Of a stretch of DNA of 64,000 bases, positions 25,920 through 40,180 are shown in pieces. Within the stretch, counting starts at the first letter, position 1; the number at the start of each line of letters is the position of its first letter. Origin of the DNA: Malacoraja senta (taxonomy: Eukaryota); assembly GCA_038087875.1 (NCBI GenBank), contig JAXLNO010000325.1, positions 1-64,000 of the forward strand, in the 5' to 3' direction. The translations under genes were made by a program, and so were the position numbers. The notes under the pieces are model-generated. The model had not been told where the DNA came from. It did not search any database and saw nothing but the letters and a program-made list of their open reading frames with translations.

Positions 25920-28900
25920 GCCCAGTTGTAATTCCTTTGTCTAAATCGTCAGTAAATATTATAAGTATCTGGGGTCCCAGCACTAAGTCTTCCGGCATCC
26001 TACTAGTTCCTGCCTGCCATTCTGAAAAGGACCCGTTCATTCCTGCTCTTTGCTTCCTGTCTGCCAATCAGTTTTGTATCCATGTCAATACCCTTGTCCC
26101 AATACCATGTGTTCTAGTTTTACACACTAATCTCTTGTGTGGGACCTTGTCAAAGGCTTTTTGAAAGTCTAGATCCACCACATCCACTGGCTCTCCATTA
26201 TCCATTCTACTTGTTACATCCTCAATAAATTCCAGAAGATTAGTCAAGCATGAATTCCCCTTCATAAATCCATGTTGACTTTGACCTATCCTGTTACTAC
26301 TTTCCAAATGCTGTTACATCCTTAACAATCGACTGAGGCATCTTCCGCACTACCAACGTCATGCTAACTGGTCTATAATTCCCCGATTTCTCTATACCTC
26401 CTTTCTTAAAAATTGGGCTTACATTCGCTACCCTCCTGTCCACCGGAACTGATCCAGAGTCTATAGAACATTGGGAAATAATCACTGATGCATCCACGAT
26501 TTCTCAGACCACTCCTTGAGTACGCTGGGATGCAGATCGTCAGGCCCTGGGGATTTATCTGCCTTCAGTCTCAACAGTTTGCATAACTCCATTTCCTGGT
26601 GGGCTAATGTGGATTTTCTTCAGTTCCTCCTTCCCGGTAGATCCTTGGTCCCCTATTTTTATGGGAGATTGCTTGTGTGTCCCTTGGTGAAGACAGAACT
26701 AAATGTACCTGTTGTACATGTGGCGTTGTGGAATACGAGGGAGTCACTCAGTATACAATGGCATATAGATTAGGTTCAGAAATGAGGATAATTAATATGT
26801 TAATAATTCTGATACTAGATCGCAACTGGACCCCAACCATTCGGCCCTTCGACCCAGCACCGCCATTCAATATGATCATGGCTGATCCTCCAAAATCAGT
26901 CCACTGTTCCGGCTTTACCCCCCATAGCCCTTGATTCCCTTAGCCCAAAGAGCACAATTTAATTCTGTCTTGAAAACATTTGGTGAATTGGCCTCCACTG
27001 CCTTCTCTGGCAGATAATTCCACACATTCACAACTCTGGGTGAAATAGTTTATCCTCATCACTGTCCTAAATGGCCTACCCCTTATTCTTAAACTGTGAC
27101 CTCTGGTTCTGGACTCCCCAAACATCGGAACATTTTTCCTGCATCTAGCCTGTCCAATCCTCTAAGAATGTTATATGTTTACAGTATAAGAGCCCCTCTC
27201 ATCATTCGAACCTCCAGCGAATGCAAGCCCAGTCGCCCATTCTTTCATCATATGTCAGTCCCGCCATCCCGGGAATTAACCTGGTGAACCGACGCTGCGT
27301 TCCCTTAATAGCTAGAATGTCCTTCCTCAAATTAGGAGACCAAAATTGCACAGAGTTCTCTAGGTGCAGTCTCACCGGGCCCTGTACGACTGCAGTAGAA
27401 CCTCCTTGCTCCTAAACTCAAATCCTCTCGCAATGAAGGCTTTATTCCTCAGTGAAGACAGAACTAAAGTACTTGTTTACGGGTGTTGTGGATATTACTA
27501 AAGCAGAGATAGATTGATTCTTTACTTCTACAGGTTTCAGAGGTTACATGGAGAAGGCTGGATAATGGGGCAAGGATGGAGAGATAGATCAGCCATGATT
27601 GAATGCGGAGTAGACTTGATGGGCCGAATGGCCTAATTCTACTGCTATCACTGATGACCTTATGACATATCCTTCCTGTACTCCATCCCATTATTGGTCG
27701 TGATTCATCCCACCACAGTGTTGTCGTTTGCAGACTTGTAGATGGAATTAGATCCACATTTGGCCTTGGTGTCATGTGTATAGGGAGTGTATTAGAGGAC
27801 TGAGAACGCATCCTTGCGGGGCACCAGTGTTGATGATTATTGCGGATGAGATGCTGTCACCTATCTTCACCGATTGGAAGGGTCAGAAAGTTGCAGATCC
27901 AGTGGTAGAGGGTGGAGCTGATTCCTAGTTCCAGCAGCTTGGAGATCAGTTTGGATGGGATTATGGTGTTGAAGGTGGAGCTATAGCAGATAGATAGGAG
28001 TCTAACGTGGGACAATTCCTAATGTACCAATTCTTGCTATTGAGGGAGTGCAGCGTAGGGTCACCAGGTTAATTCCCTGGATGGTGGGACTGACAAATGA
28101 TGGAAGAATGGATCGACTGAGTTTATATTCACTGGAATTCAGATGAGAGGGGATCTTATGGAAACATGTAACATTGTTAAGGGATTGGACAGGCTTTGTT
28201 CCTGTATCTAGCCTGTCCAATCTCTTAAGAAGTGTATATGTTTCCATAAGATCCGCTCTCATCCGTATAAATTCCAGTGAACATAAACTCAGTCGATCCA
28301 TTCTTTCATCATTTGTCAGTCCCGCCATCCAGGGAATTAACCTGGTGAACCTACGCTGCACTCCCTCAATAGCAAGAATTGGTACGTTAGGAATTGGCCT
28401 ACATTAGACTCCTATCTATCCACTATCTGACGTTGGGGAGTCCAGAAGCAGTGGGGTCACAGTTTGAGAATAAATGATAGGCCATTTAGGACAGAGAACA
28501 TGCAAACCTTTATCACCCAGAGAGTTGTGAATCTGTGTAATTCTCTGCCACAGAAGACATATTTCACTGTCTGTTTTCAAGAGAGAGTTAGATATAGTTC
28601 TTAGGGCTAACGGAATCAAGGCATATGGAGAGAAAGTAGGAATGAGGTACTGATTGTGGATGATCAGCCATGATCATTTTGCATGGCGGTGCAGGCTGGA
28701 AGGGCTGAATGGCCTATCTCTGCACCTATTTCCTATGTTTCTATGCCACCTTGTTGTCTATGTATTCCAGAGATGGGTTTAGGGCGGGAGATGGTCACTG
28801 CTGGAGACCGGCTGCGTTGATGAGCAAACTGTAATGGATCAAGGCTGGCTGGGATACTGGAGTTAATATGCTCCAACACCAGTCTCTCAAAGCACTTCAT

Positions 28901-30100
28901 GATGGTGATTGTCAGAGCCACTGCCCTGTGCTTATTACGGCACATACCTTACTTGTGAATGGTAGTTTAAATCATGCTCCTCGTGAACTTGTACACCTCA
29001 ATAAGGTCACACCTCATCCTCCCACTCTCCAAAGGAAAAGGCCCCAGATTATCCAACCTCTCCCCATATCAAGTCTGCCAGCCCAGGTAACATTCCTGGT
29101 GAATCTCGTTTGTAGCCTTTCCAATACAATGGCATCCTTCCTGTGGCTTGGTGACCAGAGTTGTACACAGTACTTCAAGTGTGGTCTTACCAACGAGTTG
29201 TACAGATGTATCACGATGCCCTAACCTTTGTGCTCAGTCCGCTTGCCCATGAAGGCAAGTGTCTTCTTCACCACCCTGTCCACCTGACTCGCCACTTGTA
29301 GGGAACCTTGCATAGAGTCACACAGCACGGAAATAGACCCTTCGGCCCAACTTGCCCATTCTGACCAAGATGCCCCATCTACACTAGTCCCACCTGCCCG
29401 TGTTTGGCCCATGTCCCTCTCACACTCTCCTGTTCGTATCCTTGTCCAAATGTACTTCAACTGTTGATATGGTACTTGCCTTAACTACCTCCTATGGCAG
29501 CTTGTTCCATCTACCCACCACCCTCTGTCTGGTCGAGAAACCGGAGCACCCGGAGAAAACCCACACAACACGGGAAGAACATACAAACTTCACATAGACA
29601 GCACCCGAAGAGTCGATGGAACTGGGGTCAATGTGTAGTAATGGTAAACTACACCCTCAATAGAGATATCTATCTTTATTTGAATTAAATTTATGAACAA
29701 AGTATTATGAACATGTGCACCGGGATTCTGTCTGATGCAAACATATCGAGCGATGTCCCTTAAAACTTTAACAGTAACCAGGAGATACAAGAACTACAGA
29801 TGCTGGTTCAAAATAAAGACACAGAATGCTGGAGTATCTCAGTACGTCAGGCAGCATCTCTGGAGAACATGGATATGTGGTGTTTTGGTTGGGACCCTTC
29901 TTCAAACTGATTGTGTTGGGGGGGGATGAGAAAGGTGGAGAGATGGTCAGGACAAACCTTGGTGAGTGGTGGGTGGATACAGGTGAAGGGGGTGTGGTTG
30001 ATAAGCAGATACTTAATGGTCAATGGGCATGGAGACATACAGCATGGAAACAGGCCCTACGACACAACTTGCCCACTCCAAACAACATGTCCATCTACAC
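25920..30100. mobile_element. Patchwork of CR1, Rex-type and SINE-like fragments
   Basis: ORF fragments with [23 protein letters not shown] and KCFERLV motifs, plus CR1 3'UTRs. Confidence 0.75.
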
Positions 30101-30101
30101 T

Positions 30102-33100
30102 GTCTTTTTTTTTTTAAGTTGTTAGAAGCACATTACGTTACAACCACATCCATTAGTACTCGTCACATATATTTTATTACAATTAATGTACTCCGTTTTT
30201 TTTTTTACATTAATAAAGGGAGAGGATAAGATTAAGAGAAAGAGGAAAGTGAAGGAAAAGGTGAAAGTGTAAAAAAAAGCAACAAAAAACGTGACAACAA
30301 GAAAGAACAAAGACCCTATAAGAAAAAGAGTTAAGAAGTAGACCCTAGAAAAGAAGAAGAAAATGAGAAAGGAAAAAGAGAAGAACAAATACCTTTTTTA
30401 TCAGCATCCCGCAAATGGGACATACCAAATCTCCAATTTTCATCCCCCCCTACCCGACCTCAGTTTTTTTTAAAGTACCTTTGCACCCTATATTTGTAAT
30501 AATTCTATAAATGACGACCACGTCAGGTGGAAGTGATCTGGTTTACCTGCCAGGAGGAGTCTTATCTCATCTAGGTGTAATGTTTCAAACATATTTGAAA
30601 TCCACATGTTTATAGTTGGTATTGGAGCATTTTTCCAAAATTTTAGGATTCACTTTTTTCCAGTTATTAACCCATAGCCTATTAGTTTCTTTTGAAACAC
30701 ATTTAGTTCTGGACTATCTTCCGTTATTCCGAAGATAATCCATTCTGCTTCAGATTTATTTTAAATAATTTTGTAAAGATTTCAAAAATGTCAATCCAAA
30801 ATTTTTGAATTTATGTACAAAAGACAAATGAATGCGCTATAGTAGCTTCTTGAGATTGACATTTATCACAGTTTGATGATATATTTGGGGAAATTTTATG
30901 GATTTTAGTTTTAGAATAGTATAATCTACGTAAAATTTTGAATTGTATTAAAGTATGTCTTACATTTATCGAACATTTATGCACTTTTAATAAGTATTCA
31001 TTCCACTTTTCCTTTGAGATTTTAATAGCTAAATCTTGTTCCCATTCTCTTCTAATACCTTCCGTAGATGGTATTTCTACATTTAAGATAATATTATACA
31101 AATATGATATTGAATTTGCTGAATCAGCTTTTATCTGCATTGCATCATCCAAAACATCTACTGGGCTATTATAATGATCTTTTATATAATTTTTCAAATA
31201 GTCACATATTTGAAAATATTTAAAATATTGATTATTTCCAAGTTTATATTTTATTTGTAATTGCTGAAATGATAGTAATTTTCCAGTTTCATACAGGTCA
31301 CCGAACGTTTTAATTCCTAGTCTATCCCATTGTATGAAGGCTTTATCTGTAGTAGAGGGATTAAACGAAGGGTTATTAACTATGGGAGATAAAAGTGAAA
31401 AAATTCTTAATTTTAAATTTTGTTTTATTTGTTTCCAAATTCTGATTGTACTATGTATGATTGGGTTCTTATTATAGTTTATGTTATTCAGTTTCGTTGG
31501 TGAGAGGAGGATCGCTCCAATGTTTCTAGAGGAGCAGTCCTCTCTCTCCATTACAATCCAATCCACTTGCTGAGCAGAATTATCCATCAGTTGAATCATA
31601 TTTTTAATATTTACTGACCAATAATAATACATGAAATTAGGGAGTGCTAAGCCCCCTAGTACTTTGGGTTTGTTCAGGTGTGTACTTTGTATTCTATGTG
31701 ATTTATAGTCCCATATAAAATTAGTAATGTCTGAGTCCAGTTTAAAAAAAAACTTCTTTGGTAAGTATATAGGAATCGATTGAAATAGGTATAAAATTTG
31801 TGGAAGAAAGATCATTTTTATTGCATTTATTCGGCCTATTAAAGACATCGGGAGCGTTTTCCAAAATTTAATTCATGTATTTAATTTATTAAGTAAAGGC
31901 TCAAAATTTGCTTTAAACATACCTTGATATGTTCTGGTAATTTCGATTCCCTGGTATTTAAATTTTTCTGTAGCTATTTTAAAAGGGAATTTTAAAAGAT
32001 GTGTTGAGTCTTTCGGTTTTATTGACATAATTTCACTTTTATTCCAGTTTATTCTGTATCCAGAAAAAGATCCAAAGTCTTCAATTAAGTTTAATATATT
32101 TGGTATAGTGATTTGAGGTTTTGTAATGTACAGTAATATATCATCCGCGTATATAGATATTTTATTATTTGAGTATTTAGTATTATACCCATGGATATCG
32201 GGATGTATTCTAATTTTTTCTGCTAACGGTTCAATTATAAGAGCAAACAACTGTGGTGATAATGAGCACCCTTGTCTATTTCCCCTTGATAGTTGAAATT
32301 TCGAAGATAATATATTATTAGTTAATATTCTAGCTGTATGTTTATTATATAGTAATTTAATCCATAAAATAAAATTCTTTCCCAATTGGAATTTTTCTAA
32401 TACTTTATCCATATAATTCCATTCTACTTGATCAAATGCTTTTTCAGCGTCCAGCGAAATAATTGATAATTCTTGTTCTTCAAATTTATGTGAATGCATT
32501 ATATTGAGTAAACGTCTCATATTATTAGCTGAGTATCTCTTCGGGATAAACCCCGTCTGATCTGGATTTATTAGTTTGCTAATATATTTACTTAATCTTC
32601 TAGCTAATGTTTTTGCTAATATTTTTTGATCTGTGTTTAACAGTGCAATAGCTCTATATGAACCCGGTTCTTCTAAAGCTTTGTTTTTTTTAAGTATTAA
32701 TGTAATCGTTGATTCAGCTAATGTATCAGGTAGTATTTGTTTTTTAAAAGCATGTTGGTACATTTTTTGTAATCTAGGTATAATTTTATATTAGAAATCT
32801 TTATAAAATTCATTAGTAAATCCATCAGGACCTGGAGTTTTTCCATTCTTTAGTAATTTTATTGTATCTTCTAATTCCTTAATTGAAATTTGTGCTCCCT
32901 ATTCCTCTTGTTCCTTCACCTCTAACTTTGGAAGATTACAGTTATCCAGAAACTCAGTAATTTTATAGGAATCAGTTGTCGTTTTAGATGTATACAGATT
33001 CTCATAAAATTGTGCAAATCTTTTATTAATATCGTTCGGTGTAGTTAGTAACTCCCCTCTATCTGATTTAATCTTTGGGATCGTATGTTCTTTTTCACTT

Positions 33101-34350
33101 TTTTTAGCTGGCGGGCCAGAAGTTTATGCGGTTTATCCCCAAATTCAAAGTACTCTTGTTTTGTAATTTGAAAAAGTTGTATCAATTTGGCTGATAATAG
33201 TTTATTTAATTTAAATTTCAGAATTATTATTTTATTATGTTTTTCTATTGATGGATCTTTAGCATTATCTATATCCATTTGTCTAATAAGTTCCTCTAGT
33301 TGTTTTTGTTCATTCTTATTCTTTTTATTTTGAAAAGCTTGGTATAAAATTATAATACCTCTAATATATGCTTTAAAAGATTCCCATAATACAGTAGGCG
33401 ATATGTCTGGAGTGACATTTATTTCAAAAAAGGCATCCATTTGTTCTTTTAAATATATACTCGCTTGTGGATCTTTTAAGATATGAGAGTTAAATCTCCA
33501 GAACGATATATTCTTAGACATCCCTTCCAGTTAAAAAAAAAAAGTTAATGGTGAATGATCTGAAATAGAGTTTGTATGATATGTTGGGTTAGAAATATGA
33601 GGGATTAATTTGGTGTCCGCCAGGAAATAATCTATACGTGAGTATGTTTTGTGTACCATTGAATAAAACGAGTATTCCCTGCCAGTTGAATTAGCAATTC
33701 TCCAAACATCTGCTATATTAGTGTTGTTTATATAAGTATTTAAAAATTCACCAGATTTAGATTTCGTATTCCCTCTCAGTTTTTTGCTTGATTTATCTAA
33801 GTACGGATCTAAAACACAGTTAAAGTCTCCTCCTATTATAACATTTTGATAGTTAGACTCTGCGATTCTATTCAAAATTTTATTTAAAAAATGACGGTTG
33901 TCAAAGTTAGGCGCGTATATATTTACCAAAGTGATTGGAGCATCACGAATTTCTCCATTAACTATTAAGTATCTCCCTTCAATGTCTGTTATAGTATTCT
34001 TTGCTTTGAATGGTATACCTTTTCTTATAATAATTGACGTACCTCTAGATTTCGAGGTAAATTAAGAATGGTATGTTTGACCTATCCATTTCGCCCTCAA
34101 CCTAGGTTGATCATGGGATTTTAGATGAGTTTCTTGTAAAAGGATAATGTCAGAGTTGTACAATTTCAGCTGATCTAGTATCTTAGCCCTTTTAATAGGT
34201 TCATTAATACCTCTTATATTCCAACTGCAGAATGAGACTCCTCCTAGGCTCTTTTGCTTAGCATCTTGCATTTTGAGTAATTATAGTACCTTTAAATTTT
34301 GTGGTGCATCCATATCCCAGGTCTTTGGGTATTAGGGGGAGTTTTAAGTT
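30102..34350 (-). mobile_element. 5'-truncated L1-clade LINE (ORF2: endonuclease, RT, C-terminal zinc-knuckle region), frameshifted
   Basis: SWNIRG, LQETH, NIYAPN, GGDFN, SRIDY, SDH, LDAEKAFD, RQGC.LSP, YADD and CDKC motifs across five ORFs. Poly(A) tail at about 30105-30115. TSD TCCATCTACACT at 30090-30101 and 34351-34362. Confidence 0.92.
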
Positions 34351-34362
34351 TCCATCTACACT

Positions 34363-35550
34363 ATGTCAACTGGCCCATTTCCCTCTACACCTATCCTATC
34401 CATGTACCTGCACAGATATATCTCATGTATATCTCATCCACCAGACCTGCCTCAACTACCTCCTCTGGCAGTTCGTTCCATATACACAACGCCCTTTGTG
34501 TAAATAGTCACTCCTCATGTTCCTATTAAATATTTCCCCCCTCACCTGATACCTATGTCCCTGGTCCTGATTTCCCTAATCTGGGCAATAGACAGTGTAT
34601 TTACCTGATCTGTTGCTCTCATGATGTTCTACATCTGTATAAGATCACTCCTCACCCTGCTGCGCTCCAATGAATAATGTCCTAGCCTGCCCAATCTCCC
34701 TCTATAGCTCAGGCCCTCGTGTCCTGGCAACAGCCTCGTAAAACCTATCTGCACCATTTCCAGCTGGACAACATATTTCCTATAACACGGTGACCAACAC
34801 TGAACACAATACTCTAACTGTGTTCTCATCAACGTCTTATACAACTGTAACATGACCTCCCAACTTCTACACAATACTCTGATGCAGGCCAATGTGCCAA
34901 ATGCCTTTTTAATCACCATATCTACCCATCGTGCCACTTGCAAGGAACTATGTAACTGCATTCGTAGATCCCTCTGCTCCACAGCACTTCCAAGAGCCCA
35001 ACCATTCACTGTGTAGGTGCTGCCCTTATTAAACTTCACAAAATGCAACATCTCACATTTCTCTGTATTAAACTCCATCAGACATTCCTCAGCCCACCTG
35101 CCCAACCGATCAAGATCTTGCTGAAATTTCTCACAAACATTTTCAGTATATACAATACCACCCAGTTTAGTGTCAGCTGCAAATTTGTAGCTCATGCTTT
35201 GTACGTTCTCACCACTAGTCACAGGCCTCCCGTCTGAAATACAACCTTCCACCATCACCCTCTGCTTCCTTCCATGAAGCCAAGTTTCTATCCATTCAGC
35301 TATCTCTCCTTGGATTCCTTGCAATCTTACCTTCCAGAGCATGTGGAAGGTAAGTGCAATCTTACCTTACCTACCATGTGGATGCTTGTTAAATACCTTT
35401 GCTCCAATCCACATATACAACATCGACAGCTCTGTCATCATCAACGTTTTTGGTCACATCTTCAAGAAGCTCAATCAGGTTGGTGAGACACGATCTCCCA
35501 CGTACAAATCTGTGCTGACTATCCCTAATCAGTCCTTGTCCATCTCAGTA
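34363..35550 (-). mobile_element. Degenerate CR1 ORF2 fragment
   Basis: ORF 34629-35342 has CR1 RT motifs. Confidence 0.85.
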
Positions 35551-36179
35551 CATGTATATCTGATGTCACCTTCCTGTCGTACAACTGTGCTCTATTGTAC
35601 AACACTCTCACCGACTCTATCATTTACTGAGCTCATGACATAGCAAAGCATCACCTGAGACTTGTCACAGTTCGTCTGCTGTTCCTCAGCTGGCTTTTGG
35701 GAAACCTACAGAGTCCCACCAGAATGAATGCACCTTTCCTATTTAATGCTCTGCCCATGTACCGAGGTACAGTGTCAAGCTTTGTTTTGCATGCTATATA
35801 ATCAGATAAGGATATACTGAACATAAACACAATCAAGTCAAACTGGAGTACAACAGATGGAGCAAAGTGCAAGATACAGAGTGTAGAATATATCTCCCAG
35901 CATTGTAACACATCAGTTCCAAAGACACAGTCTATGATAACATTGAACATTCATGTGTACAGGTACATGGATAGGACAGGTTTACAGGGATATGGGTCAA
36001 ACACAGGCTGGTAGTACGAGTGTATGGGGCATGGGCATGGACAAGTTGGGCCAGAGGGCCTGTTTCCATGCAGTATGACTATGTCTGAAGCCCCCACCCC
36101 CTGCACCAGCTCCTGAGTCACCTACTGATCTGCACTGTCTTCCTCTTTCTTGTCTCTTGAACACGGGGCACAGGTAGTG

Positions 36180-37220
36180 TAGGTATGTTACAAAACTTAC
36201 CTTCAGTCGCGCTGTAATTCTGCCACTGGCCGTGTGCGCGATTTTGGCGCCTTTAAGGGGGGGCGTGGTTAAAACGCGGGTTTCACCTCCCTTGTACTGG
36301 TTGATATTTTGTTGGAGTACAAGCCTTGGCTGACAAAATCGTTCCTACCGGCGTTTTGTGTGTTTTTTATTTTTATTAAATCGTCAATGTCAGCGCTACA
36401 GTAATTTTAAAAGCAGCTCCTGAAGCGTCAACGCCGATAATGGGGACGGATTTCACACACGGGACAGGTAAACGAAAGTGCTTTCTTTAAATGTATAAAA
36501 GTGCTTCTTAAGAAGCCTTTAATTCACATTTTTTCATGCGACACGGTGATTTTATTCCCCGAATTAACGGCAGTATTTTTCATGCCAATACGGGGTTAAA
36601 TTCACCGCAAATCAACGTTCCAAAAGATCGCGTTCCAGAAATCCTCACTCGCAAAATGAATTAAATCCCCATTCATTTACAGGTATTAAACATTCAATTC
36701 CTTCCATTTGGCCTGTAAATTCATGAAAATTAGATTTAAAAATTATGTTATATTGTGAATTATTGTGTGAATGTTATTTGGACACTTAGGCTATTTAAAA
36801 ATGTTAATCTATTCTTAAGAAATTGATAGATGTTTAGATCTAGTAATTGATTTTTGTAATTAGCTACAATTAGGTAAGTTACTAATTATATGCTTTACTT
36901 TCATGTCTTCGAAGTAAGATTGTTTCATATTTGTTTCAGAATGCTTCAATCTATAATAACTGAAAATTTCTTTCAGTTATCATAATTTTTATAAAGTTAT
37001 GGGCTTTTAACTGTCCTCGATCACAGCTTTTGTGTTAAGTCAATGGAAAAGCAATAGGGAACTACATGCTAATTTCTGAGTATGATAATGGCCATAACTT
37101 TTTTAATACTGAAGATATGAAAGTGAATTAAGTGTCAAATTAAACTTCCTTTTATGCTTTATCTGATGGGATAAATTGCAGACTTTATTTTTAAAATTTC
37201 AAAATTTTGTAACATTGCTA
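36180..37220. mobile_element. Non-autonomous TIR DNA transposon, 1041 bp, 7-bp TSD (hAT-like termini)
   Basis: Left end TAGGTATGTTACAAAA; right end reverse complement TAGCAATGTTACAAAA. GGTAGTG is duplicated at 36173-36179 and 37221-37227. There is a single GGTAGTG at the paralogous site (54852-54858). No ORF. Confidence 0.85.
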
Positions 37221-38589
37221 GGTAGTGCGATGCCGGCCATTGGGAATAGTTCAGATGAACTAAAGTCCACTATCCCTCTCTATGAAACACGGTAAACCTC
37301 TGTGTGAAGTTTGCGCCAGGTACAGCACTTACAAATAAACTGCTTTTAAACGGTGACCTGACAACTGTTTGGATATTTAGTCACCACTAAACTCTGGCCT
37401 TGAATCAGATGAATGAAACATCAACAGGTGTCCACATTTCTCAAAGATGCAAATTAAGAGGAAAACATCATAGAATTGCCTGTCCAAAACATTGGTCATT
37501 TTTAATAACTGTCCCTGCTGCTCATTGAAGTGTGGATTTCACTTTCTACCGGTACCAGCTTTACACTGCATGATGGGAGATATGCTCTCTTGAATTACTT
37601 GATAAACAAGCACATCAATAAAGTATGTGTGTGTGTGTGGCAGCTTTCTCTGTACCGCTGTGTGGACAGCCAATGCAGATGAGTTGGTCATTTACACTCA
37701 GACCGACCTTGCTGCCTGATCCGTGGGTTTGAAGTCACATCTACCTGTCGACTGGTCTGAAGTTGTTTGCAACAAAATAAACTACAGATTGAACACAGCC
37801 TGGCCTTGTGTTCACCGGCTGGAAGTAATATTCCCACTGGACGAAGGATACAGCACCATTACTTAACTATCTCTTTCTCAGTTATGAAGCTACACTTTAA
37901 TTTTCCACATTATGTGTTTTTCTTTCCATTGTATCCCGGAGAGAGTCAATTAGAATTTCTAACCACTGTTAATTAAGATGAAAACAACAAGTTAATGCAT
38001 CTTCACGTGCCGTGTTTACCAGCGTGGATAGAGCTGCAAGATGGAGTTAGTGCTCATTACAGATGAGATTAATTATGGAAACTGAACTTCAGTTAACCCT
38101 TTCTAGTCAAACATTTGAAATAACAACCAGTTGCCAGTTCCGTCGCACACTACCCAGATATATTTTCACCAGTGGCAACACTGACAACACTGATTTGCCT
38201 TGTAGAAGATTGGACATGTTTGCAGGTTACCTATCCATGTGCGACCATTGGACAAACTGCTGTAATAATAATGTTAAAAAGTGTGATTAACCGGGTTTGT
38301 CTTAAAATGAATCTGTTCTACGATCCCAGCGCAGAGATCCATGGCCAAGTGAGGAATATCTTACTGCACTATCTGTACAAACACACACACACACTCCAGT
38401 TATAGAGTCATAGAGACATAGAGTCTCACAACATCTTCAGCCCAGCCCAGCCTGCCTGCCTGCCCACACTGGCCAACATGTCCCATCCCCATATTCCTAT
38501 AAATGGCCTGTCTGTCTGTCTGTCCATGCACCTGTCTAAATGTTCCTTAAAGTTTGCCGTAGTACTTTTTAGTTCGTACCTTTATATAG

Positions 38590-38945
38590 TTACAAGGAGA
38601 GATAGCTGAATGGATTGAAATTTGGCTTCAGGGAAGGAAGCAGAGGGTGATGGTGGAAGGAAGGTTGCTTCTCAGACTGGAGGCCTGTGACTAGTGGTGT
38701 GCCTCAGTGTTCAGTGCTGGGCCCGTTACTGTTTGTCATCTACATCAATGATTTGGATGAGAACTTACAGAGCAAGTTTAGCAAGTTTGCAGATGATACA
38801 AAAGTGGGTGGTTTTGCAGATAGTGAAGATGGTTGTGATTAATTGCAGTAGGATCTTGATCGAATGGCCAAGTGTGCTGGGGAATTATTGGTGGAATTTA
38901 ATGCAGAGAATTGTGAGGTATTGCATTTTGGGAAGTCTAACATGG
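38590..38945 (+). mobile_element. CR1 fragment (continues at 40181-40925)
   Basis: Near-identical to 20530-21060, but interrupted by the LINE at 38946-40180. Confidence 0.85.
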
Positions 38946-40180
38946 AAGTCTAATGGGTCAATCCAATTTCTTAATTGTTGAGAAGGGGGTCCCGCAAGGT
39001 TCGTCCTTGGGACCACTCCTTTTCTCTATTTTCATAAACGACCTCCCCAATATCTGTTCTGACTGTCAAATACAACTATATGCCGATGATGCGGTGCTAT
39101 GTACATCTAGTACTGACAAGTCTGAAATTGAAAGAACCCTTCAATCAGATATTATTTCTGTTCAGAAATGGCTATTATTTAACAAATTAATTTTAAATAA
39201 AAATAAATCATGCAGTATGTTATTTGGTACCAGACAAGGCCTTGGTAATTCTGTAGGTCAGACTATATCATTTAATGAAGGATCACCATTAGAACAGGTA
39301 TTGAACTTCAAATATCTTGGTGTTTGGCTTGACCCAACGCTTTCATTTACGCAGCATAGTGAGACGATTACTAAAAAACTTAGCTGTAATCTAGCTATTC
39401 TTTACCGCCATATAAATTGTTTCACCTTTCAGATGAGAAAAATAATTGTCTCTCAACTACTACTACCAACACTGGATTATGCTGATATTGTCTATCAGAA
39501 TACATTTGATATACATCTTCAACCCCTTAATGTAATTTATAATAGTCTTTGCAGATTTATTTTAAGGTGTCCATATACAACTCACCACTGTTCTATGTAC
39601 GAAACTTTAAACTGGTTATCCCCCCACGCTCGAAGATGCTACCACTGGTTCCAGTTCATCTTTCAATGCATCCATCTTAATTACCCTTCTTATTTAAAAC
39701 AAGACCTATTACCATACACACCCTCATATTCACTAAGACATATTCAACAACCCTTCTTTTTCATTATAAGAACTAACAAAGAAATTGGGAGACGTGCATT
39801 TAAATATAAAGCTCCTTCTGACTGGAACACTCTGCCTAGTACCATAAGAACTATTAGTTCATTTTGTCTATTTAAAAATACACTTTTACCATTTCTCATA
39901 AAACCATGTACCTGTTTCTAGTATTAGAGTATTGCATAGCGACTAACATTATGCTGTAACACATAACTTTTGTTATTATTGGATTTAAGTTAATTAACAA
40001 TTGTTATAAACTATAACAAGTGGGGATGGAGGGGTTTTGGGTTTGGTGTGTGGGTAGGTGGGTCGATGAGAGCCTTTATGTATGTTATGTTTTGTGCTGT
40101 ATGTTCTATGTTGGACCCCCTCGAAAATGAGATGACTGTCCATCTCAAGGGGTTATCCATAAATAAACTTGTTGTTGTTG
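38946..40180 (+). mobile_element. 5'-truncated L2/Crack-type LINE with an uninterrupted 322-aa RT C-terminal ORF
   Basis: GVPQGSSLGPLLF, YADD and KYLGVWLD motifs. 3' stem-loop near 40115-40155, then AATAAA and a (TTG)n tail. AACATGG is duplicated at 38939-38945 and 40181-40187. Confidence 0.85.

Noticed and set aside
37440..37980. Germline-joined immunoglobulin light-chain V-J pseudogene (octamer near 37448; VTSTCR-, YLTIS- and GTKL-like words)
   Set aside because: There is no conserved Trp, no DxAxYYC, no RSS and no C exon, and the words fall in different frames or different copies.
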